A stretch of DNA of 53,980 nucleotides, filler included, from Streblomastix strix (GCA_008636045.1; 2 parts of 2 records of this genome joined end to end with filler, not necessarily neighbours in it), one strand, 5' to 3'. Numbered from the whole stretch's first letter, positions 13,160 to 33,239 are shown. Translations and numbers: made by a program. The notes: generated from the letters alone by a model not told the origin.

Positions 13160-14573
13160 TTCTTTTTTATAAACGAATCCGTAAACGTTTTTTTGTGACT
13201 CGTCATTTCGGCGGTGGTCGCAGTTCAGAAGCCATTACATTGTCAGATTCGACTCTATTTAATATTTTATTAAACGCATCAGTCATTACAGATGCAACTA
13301 GTTTACTTGCTTTCACTTTGTGCCCGATTCCAGCCATTTTAAATGCAGTTTGCATTGTTCCAAGTGATGTTTCCTTACCATATGCTTCAATGATATTGTA
13401 ATCGTTCGATTCTGGTGTTAATTTAATTATTGCGCCTAATGTTCTCTAAATATTCTTCTAAAGTACACTGAAATTGAGCAAATCTCAAAGTTAGTGAAAT
13501 CCTGTCGGGTTCCGTGGGAAAGTTAGCATAGATTTATTGTATGCAGCAAACTCTATTTTAAGCTCATCAGTAACATGAATTGCGCAATTATCTTGCAGTA
13601 TTACAGCTCGTTCGTTTGGACGATGAAGTCTATCTCTCAGCTCTTCGACGTATGGAAAAAGACGCAGTGGCGCCGACTTCATGAATAATTCTGCATTGAA
13701 ATTGCCAGTTTCTGAACCCATTATTATTGTATTCACACCTTGCTTTATGTCTTTCTATAATAATGCTTTTTTATCTGGCTTTTTGGCGATAACAAGCATC
13801 GGCACATGGGTCTCACCACCTAAACTGACGCATTCGTATAACGGTACTCATGTTTCACTTCCATCAAATCCATATTTCTTTGTTGAATCTCATCTTGAAA
13901 ATGGCACTATGAATAATCTAATTTCTGCTTCCCCAAAGTTCCAAATTCCGCATTCTTCTGCGTTTAAAACGAAACATGCAGGGTCGCCTTCCACGTGCTC
14001 ATATAATTCGTCCAAATATTTTCTTATATCAGCTTCTTCGACTATCGTTCTTCCGTACTCTCCTAGCTCACATTTGACAATTGATATTTCTTCACTATGC
14101 CGTAAAGCGAAATATTTTTGCCACATCCTGGAAGCTTCGATTTCGAATAGCTTTTTTTACTATAGCTGAGAGTGTTGCTATTTATAAAGCTTTATCATCA
14201 ATCCACTCTAAGATTTCATATGCCAATATTGCATTTTCTCTGGCCTCGTACAGCTTTTATTTCCTTATTTTCTCGTACTTTTTTTTTATCTTCATGATTT
14301 ATCCTTGAAACAGTACCCTCGCTTGCATGGCATATTTCAGCGATTGTGAGGCTGTAAATATTTAGGATACATCCCTTTTTAAGTTTGTTTATCTACTTTC
14401 TCACTAAATTCGAAAGTATATTTTTTATTAGTTTCCCCAATTTGTTGGCAATATCCCTGCTATCAACTTCTGCATCTTGTCCTAAAAGAAGCTCCTCGAT
14501 ATGTTTTTATGGTGCAGTGCGAAATAGACTCTTTTTCGTACAGATTCCTTTCTAAAATTTGAATTTTCTTCAT
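13160..14573 (-). mobile_element. Degenerate pogo-like DDE_1 transposase (HTH, CENP-B-type HTH and DDE_1 segments)
   Basis: ASRMWQKYFALRH (S.GW..F..RH), FVLNAEECG (N.DETG), GNFNAELF...AVILQDNCAIH...LTFPRNPTGFHQL*D (LLDN..H / PPN.T..LQP.D) and TMQTAFKMAGI. Several frameshifts; no TIR found. Confidence 0.8.
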
Positions 14574-16034
14574 ATATTTATGGGCGATAATTTTAAAAAA
14601 ATTTACAATTTACTTTATATATGCAAATGTATACCTCTCGCTTATATACTATTCAAATTTACATCCATTTATGGAATATTCATTGAATTCACGAATCAAT
14701 GAAACCAACAAGGAGATCACACTACTGTATTACTTAATTGTTTCGAGATGACGTAAATAAAAATAGGAATGAAAATGTAATAATGAAAATATAATTTTAA
14801 TCATGTTCTTAGATAAAAAATCATATTCATTTACGAAAGAAAATTAAATAAGAAATATAGCTCTATTCGATTGATTAATGTTCAGCACTAATCGAAAAGT
14901 TATGTCTACGATTTTTATTTTTAATTGATTTCATAATTTTGTTACATGAAATTTGTTATCGAATTTAAAATAAAAAAAATTAATATATTTTTTTTTCCAA
15001 ATTGATTGTCAGAAATTAAGTGAAATCCATTAACTTGGTTTCTAAAATTCCGTTTCTGCATAAAAACAAAAAAGTGAAAACTTTAATTTTATATCTGATT
15101 TGTTTTTGCTACCTTTGCTTCCTTTGGCAATAGATCAAAATATCACTGATATTTAAACGGTGTGAATATTGATTGAAATGTAATTGGAAAATCGAATGAA
15201 AATAAATGACAAACTACTAATTTCTCATATTTGTGATTCAATTTTAAACACTAAGTAATGCATAATTTACTTAAAAACTAAATAAAAATAATGTGATTTT
15301 CTAATACAAGATTTATATTCAAAATCATTTAGCGTAGATATATTATACAAATTCTATGGATTAGAACTGGTACCAACAAATGTTTGATTAACAAATTCAG
15401 CATTTCTTTACTTTAGGCAATAATTATCTTTAAAATAGCGTTTTTATGGTGAAAAAAAATTTGAAAAATTTCCACTTTTCCAGGAAAAGTGAATAAAAAT
15501 AATTTTGAGAAAAAAAATTTTTTTATAAAATCCATTTGGGTTATTCAAACTTACTTAAAATAATTATATTTAAATAATAAAATACATTTAAAATATCTTT
15601 AGTTTGATTAAAAACTTTAACAATAAGTTTGAATTTAAATATTAATTTTAACTTTTCAATTGCTTTATATAATAATTCAATTCAACAAATCGCCAATAAA
15701 TCACACTTTAAATTAAATTTTTATATATTTATGAAAATATATTAACTGTATATACAACAATAATAATTATTGATTTTCTTCACTAATTGATTATATAAAG
15801 ATAAAATAAAAATTTAATTAATGCTATTAAAATAGAAGAAATCCAATCAAAATGAAAATATCATTAATTACTGAATAATAACAGGTAGATAAATTATTTT
15901 TATTATTCACATTTTTCTTACTCGATAATAGTAGTCATGTAACGTTTTGACATTGATTACAACTTAAATCAATATTTTAATCACCTTGAATCAATAAATT
16001 ATTACTTTAATTCATTATTTCTTAGAATTAATAT

Positions 16035-21592
<5,558 letters not shown>

Positions 21593-22099
21593 ACAATTAT
21601 AAATAAAATAGTGTTTTATTGATATTAATCGAGATTATTTTTTGATTATAATTAAATTTCTAGGGAAAAAAATATTTTTATTCATGGAAATATTTGCAAT
21701 GATATGCAGGCTGTGGAATTCAGGAATTGCAGTTCGTCAATCATTGGTTGCTTTTTGGAAGAAAATTCACTCAATTACATACAAAAAAATACTACATATC
21801 TTAAATTTATAATTATTATTTTCGAGGCTACTATTTGAAGCGCGTAAATTGTATTTTATCTTGTGCACTTCCACGCTAAGTTAATTTATTACTTTATACA
21901 TTTAGGCAAAGAAATCATATATATAGTAAACAAAATATTGAAACATGCACTGTCCTAATGTTCTATTACTTTGACACAACTTCCAAGAATGCAAGTTTCA
22001 ATTAAGAGCTTGCTGTGCATAGCCTAAGAAACATAGCAAACATTGAGATTAATTTTTTTTATTTGATTAACTTTAACTATGTATTTCTTGAATTTAGAA

Positions 22100-22722
22100 A
22101 TGGGAATTGACCTCATCGCAGGAGGCCGCTCGAAAAAGACAGTAAAAAGGACGACAAAGAGCACAGATCCATATCATCAGCTGCTTCACAAGGTATTTAT
22201 ACAATTAATATGTTATGCACTATCATTATTTTCATATATTATATTATTTATATTCAGCTATACCATCATTTGGCTCACAGAACAGGAAACAAATTCAACA
22301 AAGCGATTGCACACAGATTAACACAGAGCAAGAGCGTCCGTGCACCATTATCGCTCAGTAAAGTCTCAAGATTCCTTGCAGGTCGTGAGGACAAAGTAGC
22401 TGTGGTAGTAGCAACCGTAACTAACGATGTCCGTCTCCTAGATGTCCCAAAACTGAAAGTAGCAGCTCTGAGATTCACCGAAACAGCTCGTGCCAGGATC
22501 AATAAAGCAGGAGGTCAGTGCCTGAATCTTGATGAAATCGCAGCTAAGTTCCCAACAGGAAAAGGTACAGTGCTCCTTCGTGGACCAAAGAGCCATCGTA
22601 CAGCAAACAAATACTTTGGTACTCCTCCAGGTGTTATTCACTCTCACACTAGACCTCGCACTCTTACACGCCGCAGTGAGAGGAATCGTGGGTTCAAAGG
22701 ACAGTTGCGCCACAAGCACTGA
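22100..22722 (+). CDS. RPL18: 60S ribosomal protein L18 (eL18); exons 22100-22192 and 22258-22722
   Basis: MGIDLIAGGRSKKTVKRTTKSTDPYHQLLHK|LYHHLAHRTGNKFNKAIAHRL...VVATVTNDVRLLDVPKLKVAALRFTETARARINKAGG...PTGKGTVLLRGPK; GT-AG intron 22193-22257; ends TGA. Confidence 0.97.
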
Positions 22723-23318
22723 AACACTTCGCATTATGACCATGTTCGTGAGGTTGAAATAAAACGAAATCCGATTGTTCTTAATAATCCTATAAAATTT
22801 CATGGTTTTAGTAAAAAAAAATTATTTAATCATAAAAAATCGAAATTTTAATCGGTATGTTACAACTCACTCATCTTATTTTATTGAAAATCATAATAAA
22901 GACAAAAATTACTATAATTTTACTTAATATAAATAAATTAATTATCCTCCAACCCAACGCTAAAAAGAGTAAATAATTATCTCAAGAAGTACTCAAAAAG
23001 TTAGTACATATATATAAACAATAACTCTATATAAAATTATTGAAAAAAAGGCAAAGGGAGTAAACTCATCGCTGAAAGAAATAAATGAATAAACAATGAT
23101 TCAAAAATTATGATGGAATATGAGATGAAGTAATATTTATATGAGAAGTAAAACATGCGTTATAAAGGGTAAGAAAGGAACACTAGTAAAATAATAATGA
23201 AATGCTCAGAAAAAGTTGCCCAAATTTACAAAATAAGACAATTAAATAAACCTTAGATCATTTATGAGGACCTTAACGATATGAAAGCACTCATCAGTAA
23301 TCTGACAATGCGTAATCC

Positions 23319-24526
<1,208 letters not shown>

Positions 24527-25028
24527 TCTTTATAGATTAAAAAATAAAGAAGATAAAATATAAATAAAAAAATTAATTTAAGTAAAATATAAGTTGGAAA
24601 TCAAGATTTTTATTTGTGAACATTAATAGCATTTTCTACTTCATATAAGAATTAGTGAAAATTGAAAATAGTGAAATATTTTATATATTGTAAATCTATG
24701 TATAAAAAATATAATAATGAAAATGTTTACAACTCAGGAAATAAATTTATTAATTATTATGTAGTTTCGCAATATAAAAAGGGTTTTATTCAATAATAAG
24801 TAATCATAAAAGTTAGAAAACGTGAATAATAAATAAATTATATAAAATAAAATTGTTTTTATATTAAACGGATGAAACAAAAGCGATTTAATGAGGAATA
24901 GAAAAAGTGAAAATAGTTCAATTATAATAATAAGTTTATATAAATAATCAAAGGAACAAATTATTATTTTTATTGTAATTACAATAGAGTTAATTTAAGG
25001 ACAAAAAAATTGTTCTTATTGCATTTAA

Positions 25029-26684
25029 TCAACTCCTCATCTTAAGTCTTACATTTCTTATCATTCGTCTTGTCAGTTTTGTCCTGCGTGATCTGTTCAA
25101 GAAAGAATGTAAATTTTATTAATATATAAAATAAAAAAGTAAATAAATAAAATAAATAAAGAGAAATACTTTCTTTTATTCATTAATTGTTCATTATTTC
25201 CTAATGTTTGTAATTCAGATTAATCAAAAGTTAATGATTCTACAAATAAATATAACGAAGAAAAAATAAATATATCAAAAATAATAGAATTGTTATATAA
25301 TTAAATCAAATACCATCTTTCTTTATCAATTCAGGGAAAAATTCCTGTAAATAGAATATTAGGAATAACAATAATAAAAATAAATATTGATCTTAAAAAT
25401 TAAATAATAATACCTTCATTTCTCTTCTTTCTATTTTTCTCTATTTTTGAAGCTTTTTTCTTCTCTTCCACATGTCTTCATGAACCTGAATATTTATAAT
25501 AATATAAAATGAATTAATATTTAATAAGCATTAAATTATAATTTATTAATATATACCTTCTCTCTAATTTATAATTATATCTCCCTTAATCTTTTCCTCT
25601 CTTATTCTTCCTCTATATGATACAAATATAGAAAATATAAAGATATAAATATATGAATGTATTCAATATAGACAAAGTATGATAATATATATGAATAACA
25701 ATAAACCTGCTTATTATCTTTCTTTCATTCTTTATTTAGCTTATGACCCTTAAGCTCTAAAACTAATAATTCCCTTCACTTTCCCATAATCTTATTCAAT
25801 ATCCTTCTATTTCTCTTTCCCAAATCCAACATCTGTTTGAATATGAATTGCAATATCCTTCTTGTCTATTGATGATAGTGAAGACTATGTCTATTCATGT
25901 GAAGTGAGTGAATTGATTGATGTTTATTATTTAATTTTCATTTATTGTTTGGGTTCTATTTATTATTATTATTCATCTTCATCTTCATCATCAAATTCAT
26001 CTATGTCTCCTAAGAGGAAATCAAATTCATACAAGTCATCATCATCTAAATCTTCATCTATATATTATTCTTCATTTATTAATCCATTTTCATTATCTTT
26101 ATTCTCATTCTATACTTCAATAGTATCAATATTCTCTTATTATATTTCATTATCATTATTATCATTATTTCTTTCTCTTTCATCTTATTCTTTTCTTCTT
26201 TCTTTTTCCAACATTAATTTCTCTTTCTCTTTTTATTCCATTTTCTTCTTCTCTTCATCTTCTTTCTATCTTTCTTCTTCTTCATCATATTCTTCATCAT
26301 CTTCATCAACATCATAATATCCTTTCTCTTTCTCATAAAGCATTTTATATATCTTGTCTGTTTGATATATGTTTCTTTTATTAATTAATTAATTATATTA
26401 ATATTAAAATAGTGTGATAATAATAAAACAATAATAAAATATACTTAACTGGTTCAGAAGCACGTGCAAATACAACATAATCTCCTCTCCTATTTAAAAA
26501 TAAGAAAATAATAAGATAATTAAATGATTGATAAATATAATTATATGACTAACTTTAGTGATGTTGTTGAAAGCATCGAAAAATGATGTGTTTTCTTTTT
26601 AATTATTCCCATTAAACTTGTGTCTTCTTCATTTCCATTTGTTAATTATCCCTTTTAATCATCAATTTCAGCATAAATTTCACC
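25029..26684 (-). CDS. Hypothetical multi-exon E/K/R-rich (coiled-coil-like) protein, 5'-incomplete; in-frame TGA at 26629
   Basis: Exons with phase-compatible GT-AG introns (...FNNITK|ERGDYVVFARASEP|...); ends SRRTKLTRRMIRNVRLKMRS-TGA. 5' end lost near the contig edge. Confidence 0.6.
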
Positions 26685-26951
26685 TTTATTTGAATAATAA
26701 GAAATTGAATAAATAATAAATTGAATAAATAATAAATAGTAATTAAATGCAAATCATATAAATATTTATAAGCGAACTTTATAATATGTTAAAATTAATC
26801 ATGTTGTTCAAAATTAGTGAAGCCAAAATAGACTAAGCTTGTGCACCCTGGAATAATTAAAAAGAAAACACATCATTTTTCGATGCTTTCAACAACATCA
26901 CTAAAGTTAGTCATATAATTATATTTATCAATCATTTAATTATCTTATTAT
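26508..26951. repeat. Perfect ~102-bp inverted duplication at a contig end (26508-26609 vs 26850-26951)
   Basis: Exact reverse-complement match by eye, ending at the N run. Confidence 0.9.
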
Positions 26952-27051
26952 NNNNNNNNNNNNNNNNNNNNNNNNNNNNNNNNNNNNNNNNNNNNTTAAT
27001 TAATTAANNNNNNNNNNNNNNNNNNNNNNNNNNNNNNNNNNNNNNNNNNNN
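26952..27051. other. Artificial contig-joining spacer (N-run, TTAATTAATTAA, N-run)
   Basis: TTAATTAATTAA places TAA in all six frames and is embedded in Ns, as in linkers used to concatenate contigs. Confidence 0.9.
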
Positions 27052-27290
27052 CAAGAGAATTCAATATTCGTAAAAATACATCTTATTGTATAATTATGGG
27101 ATAAGCACTTGTAAGAAGCAGAATTCCTTAAGATATCGAAGAAGGAAAGAAAATGCTGTTAAATACTCTAAGTATGCCGGGTGTTTGTTTACGCACTAAT
27201 CCAATTGAATCTTCCAATCCTGATTCTGTTACTGCATCAGAAAAGAAAGGACGACAGAAATAGACTTTTTTGCAATTTTAGTTAGGTATA
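27052..27290 (+). pseudogene. Short coding fragment, possibly TTC21/IFT139-like TPR protein
   Basis: EFNIRKNTSYCIIMGQALVRSRIPQDIEEGKKMLLNTLSMPGV resembles TTC21B DFKVRDYPLYHLIKAQ...AIKTLHMAMSLPGM (from memory). No room for the rest of the gene before SUMO. Confidence 0.3.
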
Positions 27291-27437
27291 AAATAGAAAG
27301 CTTAATGCAAATAGAAATATATACAATTAATTAGTTAGAAATAAATATTAGATTAAAAAAAAGTTGGGATTAAATAATAAAGCATTGATTGGTTACATTT
27401 TTTTGGTCTGGCCCAAAACGGAAATTTTATCGAAAAA

Positions 27438-27942
27438 ATGGCAGAAGCAGAAAAAGGCGTTCATCTTAACATTAAAGTCCGTAGCAACACAGGCGGTATA
27501 CATCTTTATATCAAGCTTCAGTTTCATGATTTTTTTACTGCTGCCGCCGTTATGTAATTTTTTTTAAATATTTTCTAATAGAGGAGGTGTACTTCAAGAT
27601 CAAGAAGAACACCGCTCTGAAAAAGTTAATGGATGCATATTGTACTCGTGAGAATCTCGTACCGAACTCAGTTCGTTTCCTGTGTGTACTTGCAGCAATT
27701 TTATTTTATTTTTTCAAAACTGTGATGTTTGACCTTAACCCTTTTTTATTTCAGCTTCGATGGCAACCGCTTGAAGCCTACTGATACACCCGATCAGGTT
27801 CGTAACATGATCTAATTAAAAAAATCTCTTATTCATATTTTTTTTTATTTACGCATTATTTTCATCCGCCTGAACTGGATAGCTTGATATGGAAGATGGG
27901 GATATGATAGATGTTCAGATTGAGCAGTCTGGTGGATGCTGA
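27438..27942 (+). CDS. SUMO: Small ubiquitin-like modifier (SUMO), 4 exons
   Basis: MAEAEKGVHLNIKVRSNTG|EEVYFKIKKNTALKKLMDAYCTRENLVPNSVRFL|FDGNRLKPTDTPDQ|LDMEDGDMIDVQIEQSGGC-TGA; di-glycine motif followed by one residue. Confidence 0.96.
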
Positions 27943-28666
27943 ATTGCAAAAATTACGATATGAAGAGTGGATTATCCACTTTCAAAGAACGAAATTGACG
28001 CTTTTTCACCACAAACGCTTCACTTCTCAACTAAAAATAATAAATTCATTTTAAACACGTAATAGTTGTCTTATTCTGCATAGTTTATGATTTATAATCG
28101 TTTAAATTTTGAAAATTGAATTGATATTTTTTCAAAAAATTGCCTTGTTTTTACATGGACTACGATCATGGATAGTAATATCTATTGGCACTTTCGGATG
28201 AATATTATCTAGTATTATGTTTTAATTAGGTTAAATATGGTAAATAAATTATCATTTATGGCTAAATATTGAAAATAATAAATTGAAAAGTATTAATAAA
28301 AATAAAAGTTGCTTTTTTTGTATAATTTATTGAATAGTATATCGATTTTATTTCATAAATGTATTTAATATAAAAGGATCTATTACATATTTTAAAAATT
28401 TAATATAAATATTTAATTTAAACGAAGATAGAATTAAATAATTTTAACCATAAATTTTATAATAATATGATCACAAATTCATATTTTATATATTTAATAA
28501 ATAAAATATGTAGATATTGATGCGCTCTAGTGAATATTAAATTGACATATCTTATAAAAATAATTTTGTTGAGATATAAAAGGATTAACCAAATTTTCAA
28601 AAATCTACGAATAAATTTTTGTATTTATTCACATTAAAAATTGATACAGCTCAATGTGCATTTATT

Positions 28667-31600
28667 TCAAATGTGATATACATTGCAAAACATTCCCGTC
28701 AGATCAAGAAATCGAAAGGTTTAAGATATTTTGCGATCTGACCCAAATCCAAATACTTTGAACATTTTAACTTCCATTATTTGCAATCCTCTTAGATGAC
28801 TATTTATTAATTAATTATATAAAAATTAATTTAAATATAATGAATATATAAAAACAAATTAATTCTGTCTAGAATAAAATACTTTTATTTATAATTGTTT
28901 GAAGTTTATTTTATTTTATTCAATAATTCAATCATCAGAATAATTATATTTATTTCCATTATTTTCATTTAATTATAGTTTTTATTGATTTTCTATCCTA
29001 TCATCTTCTATTTTCTTACATTACAAATATTAATCTATTTGATGATTTTATTTTTGTTGAATATCTGACAGATTTTCATTAAAATGCTTACAACTTAAAG
29101 AAAGATTATTATCAGAAATTGAATGATATTAGTAATTACCAAAAATAAAAAATATTATTCCAATCTAATATTAATTTAAATTATATTAAATATTTATTTT
29201 ATTAATAATAAATTTTTCATTATTAAATATGAAATGAAAAAAAATTCATACTATGTAAACAAAATTTTACTTATAAAAATATTTAGAATTTGTTTCTTGC
29301 ATTACTTTTTATCAATTGATTAGTTTTGAAATGTAAATAAATTTTCTGTTATTATTCATGTTTCTTATCAATTTCTATAATATTCAATATGTTTGACTTA
29401 TTTAAATAATTTTTAACTGAAATTTAATGGGAGAATGTGAATAAATATATTTTGTATTATTGATGCTGTTATATTTTCATTTTCCCATCAAAAATCATTT
29501 CTCTTTACTTAGATTTTGAATATCTTTTATTTCATTTATTTTATTGGATTTATTAGATTTATTTATTTTCTTCTTATCCAATTAAATTCTAATGAATTGA
29601 TACTGATCATCATTTCAATTGTAATTCTTATTTTCATTACTAATACATATTCCTCCTTCTTAATTAAACATAATGAATTCCGTTCCACATATTTTATTTA
29701 TTCCATTTGAACAAAATTTGTTCATTTTCAATATTTCAGTAATTAGAAAGTCAACAGGGTCATCAGAATTGAGAAGTTCTAATTCAAAATCATCATTTGT
29801 ATAGTCAAGATTGAATATTTCTGGCCATGATCTATTTATACTTGCTTAAATATTCTACTAACCATATTCTTTTTAACATAAAGATTAATTATCAATATTA
29901 TTCTTTAATGTTTATTATTTTCTATGAGAAGGTGATTAATTTACTTATTCTGAATGAAGTGCTGATCCACATCCGCAAATCCATCCCTCAGGATATAGTA
30001 TATGAGCATGAGGAGATGTACATGTTTTAATTGGTATATGAAGTGTGTTAGGAGATGGTTTGAATGAAATGGATTATGATGGCTATAATTATTAATTTAA
30101 ATATTAATGAGATGAATTGGATTTGAAATTAGATTATTAATGAAGCTGTGATTGTACTTATCTAGGAGATGTTGGTGGTAGTGAATTATTAGTAAATAAA
30201 AGTGATCGTGGAGAAAAAAGGGGGAATATTGAAGAAAATATTGGCTTTTATTACTTAAGTTAATCATTTCTTGGAGATTAAAGCAGCTTTATTTGATTAT
30301 TGTTTTAATCTTACTTAAATGATTATTAATGGAGAATAGAATGAGTTTAATCATTTACATAATCAAAAGCATTATTATTTACTAGATATGAAAGATCGTC
30401 CAATTGTTCGATATTTTCCTCCAAATTAAATCCTGCTTAATGTTCTTCATTTAATAATTTTCTCATTTAATTTCTCTCCTCTCTTTTTTTCACAATCATT
30501 ATTCTTCTTCTTTCACTCTCACTGTTTTCTTCGATAAATATTTTATTTAAATCTTGAATTTATTCTTGATCTTTAATTTAGTGCAATAAGTCTTCATTGA
30601 TTTATTATTTATAATCGCATTAATCTCTTTCATCATTTTCTAATTCAATGTCTGTTATTTTATTCTAAATTGTATTTTTTATTTTATTAAGTGCAAGTTT
30701 TGGAATATTTAATGGCATTTAATCATAAAAATTCTCTTGTTAGAAAATATCTTCTTTGTTTTCTTGTTAGAAAATATCTTCTTTATTCTCTAATATGAAT
30801 TGATCTTATTCCTTTACTTATCTTATGTTTGAATTAGAATTGATTTAAGTAATTATTTAATGTATTGGTTAAAATTGTTTTGAATAAATTCTTTTTCAAA
30901 TTTTCTTTTCTTAATATTGATTAGTTTTTTAACTGTTAGTTTATTCCACTATAGGTTCTAAGAAATTGTTTTTGATATGCAAATTTTCTTCTTAATTTTG
31001 GAATTATTATAAATTTGGCATTAATTGTAAGGAAGATATTTAAGATTATTATAAATTATTTTATTTGTTGGTTCTTGAATTTTCAAGTGAAAGAGATTCA
31101 TCATGTATATTCTGAAGATTTTCTATAGATATTGAATCTGAGCATGAATCGTGAGAAGATTATTTATTTATTTACTTCTCTTCATTTTCCATATTTAAAT
31201 CTAAATTCTATTATTATACTGTTTATATTGATAGAGAATCTTGAATATGATTTTGTGAATAATTCGTTTTGCTATCTGAAAATATATTATCACGAGTATT
31301 TTAATCATTACAATACTCTTTATTGTGAAATCTCAAATATACAAATCCATTTTCAACTTTATGAATATCATTCATGCTTGCAGAAATTTATTCGAAGTTT
31401 GAATGTTTATTATTATTGTCATTTTATTTTATAATAATATTCTTTTCCATTGTAATATCATTCATTTCAGTTAAGTTATCTTCCAATATCTGATTATTAA
31501 ATATTTAATTATTAATCAGTTATTTTTCTGCTTTCTATAAATTTTCATTTGTAAATTTATTTTCATTTTCATAGCAATTAACTTTCTTCCTCAGTTTTAA

Positions 31601-32350
31601 TTTCTTCTTTTTTTTCTTTTTCTTCAATTTCTTATTTTCATCAGAAACATAATATAAGTAATTATCTTTCTTTTCATTACTTGAAATTTGATTTTTAATA
31701 ATTCAATCATCAGAATAATTATATTTATTTCCATTATTTTCATTTAATTATAGTTTTTATTGATTTTCTATCCTATCATCTTCTATTTTCTTACATTACA
31801 AATATTAATCTATTTGATGATTTTATTTTTGTTGAATATCTGACAGATTTTCATTAAAATGCTTACAACTTAAAGAAAGATTATTATCAGAAATTGAATG
31901 ATATTAATAAATATTAATATTAGAAGATTATTAATTATTTAAATTTAATTTCATAAACTAATTTTATGATTAATTGATATTTTTGTTTATGTGAAATGAT
32001 TGTTAATTAGATGATGATTATGATGATTATGAAGAAAATGATGAAGAAGAAGAAGATATGATTGGTATTGGTGCAAGATGAGGTGAATATGGATGTAATA
32101 TTGATTCATTTTCAAACGATTTCACAAGTTGTGGAGTTGAAAAACGATTTGGAAGATGATTGGAAGAATTAGTTGAACGAGATGATAATGATTAACGTGG
32201 AGATTAAAAAGATGTATTTCATTATGATTATGATGAGGAATAGAATGATTATGAAGATGCTGGTATAGGAGAAGAATGTTAAATGTGAATATTATTGATA
32301 GAATTGTGACTAGTAATCTATGAAGATGAACGAATTCTAACTATTGGACA
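28667..32350 (-). CDS. Large hypothetical Q/N/S-rich protein (~1200 aa) with 9 in-frame TGA codons; start and true stop uncertain
   Basis: One frame held for ~3.6 kb (probable intron 29165-29251). Typical low-complexity composition plus globular-looking blocks: YPEGWICGCGSALH; SWPEIFNLDYTNDDFELELL; LRGLQIMEVKMFKVFGFG...FRFLDLTGMF. Confidence 0.65.
28922..31906. repeat. ~210-bp direct duplication (28922-29131 = 31697-31906), in frame within the same gene
   Basis: Identical by eye; offset 2775 bp is a multiple of 3. Confidence 0.9.
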
Positions 32351-33239
32351 TTATTATTCAGCATAATTTTGTGATTTATTTTGTGAATTGATCGTACTAA
32401 AGATAATAGGTATATTTTATTTATATTTTTTGTCTATTCTTTTCACTCAAACTTATTTATTTCTATGGATTTATTTATATAGATTACAACTTTTTTGGAA
32501 GAGCTATTGCAAGAACAGCATAATTTCCTCTTCACTAATAATGTGATCTTAATGATGTTTAATATGCTTTATCAGAAATGAGGATAAATTTTGAAGATCT
32601 TGAATAATTTCGATCTAAATGCACATCTTTGAAATTATTCTTACCTTTCCGTTTGTTCACAAATCTTTTTATATACATTTTTTCTTTCATTTTTTTTAAC
32701 AACCAATTTTATTCTAGAACTTCCCAAAGGTCTATTTCATGTACAATCAGATTCGTTTCCATTCAAATTTTAACATCAAATGCAGTATATTTCAAATAAT
32801 TAGCTTCTTATACATTCTAATTTACCTTCTTTTCCTGATATACGAACATATGACTATTTTTTTGTATGTATTTATTATTGATTTTCGTTGAATTAATATA
32901 CTCTTTAATTATCAGAACTGGAAAAATTAGCAAATTCAATCAAAAACAAAAGATTCAAAACATAAAAAGGATTCATTAATTGCACATCCACCCAATTTTA
33001 CTTCAAATGCAATGTTTAATCAACCTCCTGCTCCAACATCTCCTTCATTCATAACTTCACAGGTCAATGGGATATAAGATACTAGAAATGAGATAGAAAT
33101 AAGTGAAATTGTTCCATTGAATAGTATTTCTGAATTGGAGAATGTAGTTGGAGATTAGTAAGAAGTAAAATAGGATATAATATAAGAAAATTAAGAAGAT
33201 GAAGATTTTGATCTAATGAAATTCAATCTTTATGCATGA
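32283..33239 (+). CDS. TAF8: TAF8-like TFIID subunit (histone-fold/BTP region plus TAF8 C-terminal motif), at least 4 exons; start uncertain
   Basis: Phase-compatible introns 32410-32482, 32651-32717 and 32864-32915 give ...FCDLFCELIVLKIIDYNFFGRAIARTAQFPLHQQCDLNDVQYALSEMRINFEDLEQF...LLIHSNLPSFPDIRTY, similar to TAF8 HIPSHFPEFPDPHTY. Ends TGA 33237-33239. Confidence 0.6.

Noticed and set aside
14718..14729. ACTACTG|TA as the right TIR of the second pogo element
   Set aside because: No matching inverted copy was found near 13000-13160.
26508..26951. Perfect inverted repeat as a hairpin or transposon end
   Set aside because: It copies part of an exon and intron and ends at the contig edge, typical of amplification or assembly chimeras.
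26952..27051. TTAATTAATTAA palindrome within the N-run as a biological motif
   Set aside because: It looks like an artificial six-frame-stop linker; sequences on either side may not be adjacent in the genome.
32400..32940. Further minus-strand in-frame TGAs (e.g. KK*KKK, KRI*LY) as code evidence
   Set aside because: The region is better explained by the plus-strand spliced TAF8-like gene, so these are probably antisense coincidences.
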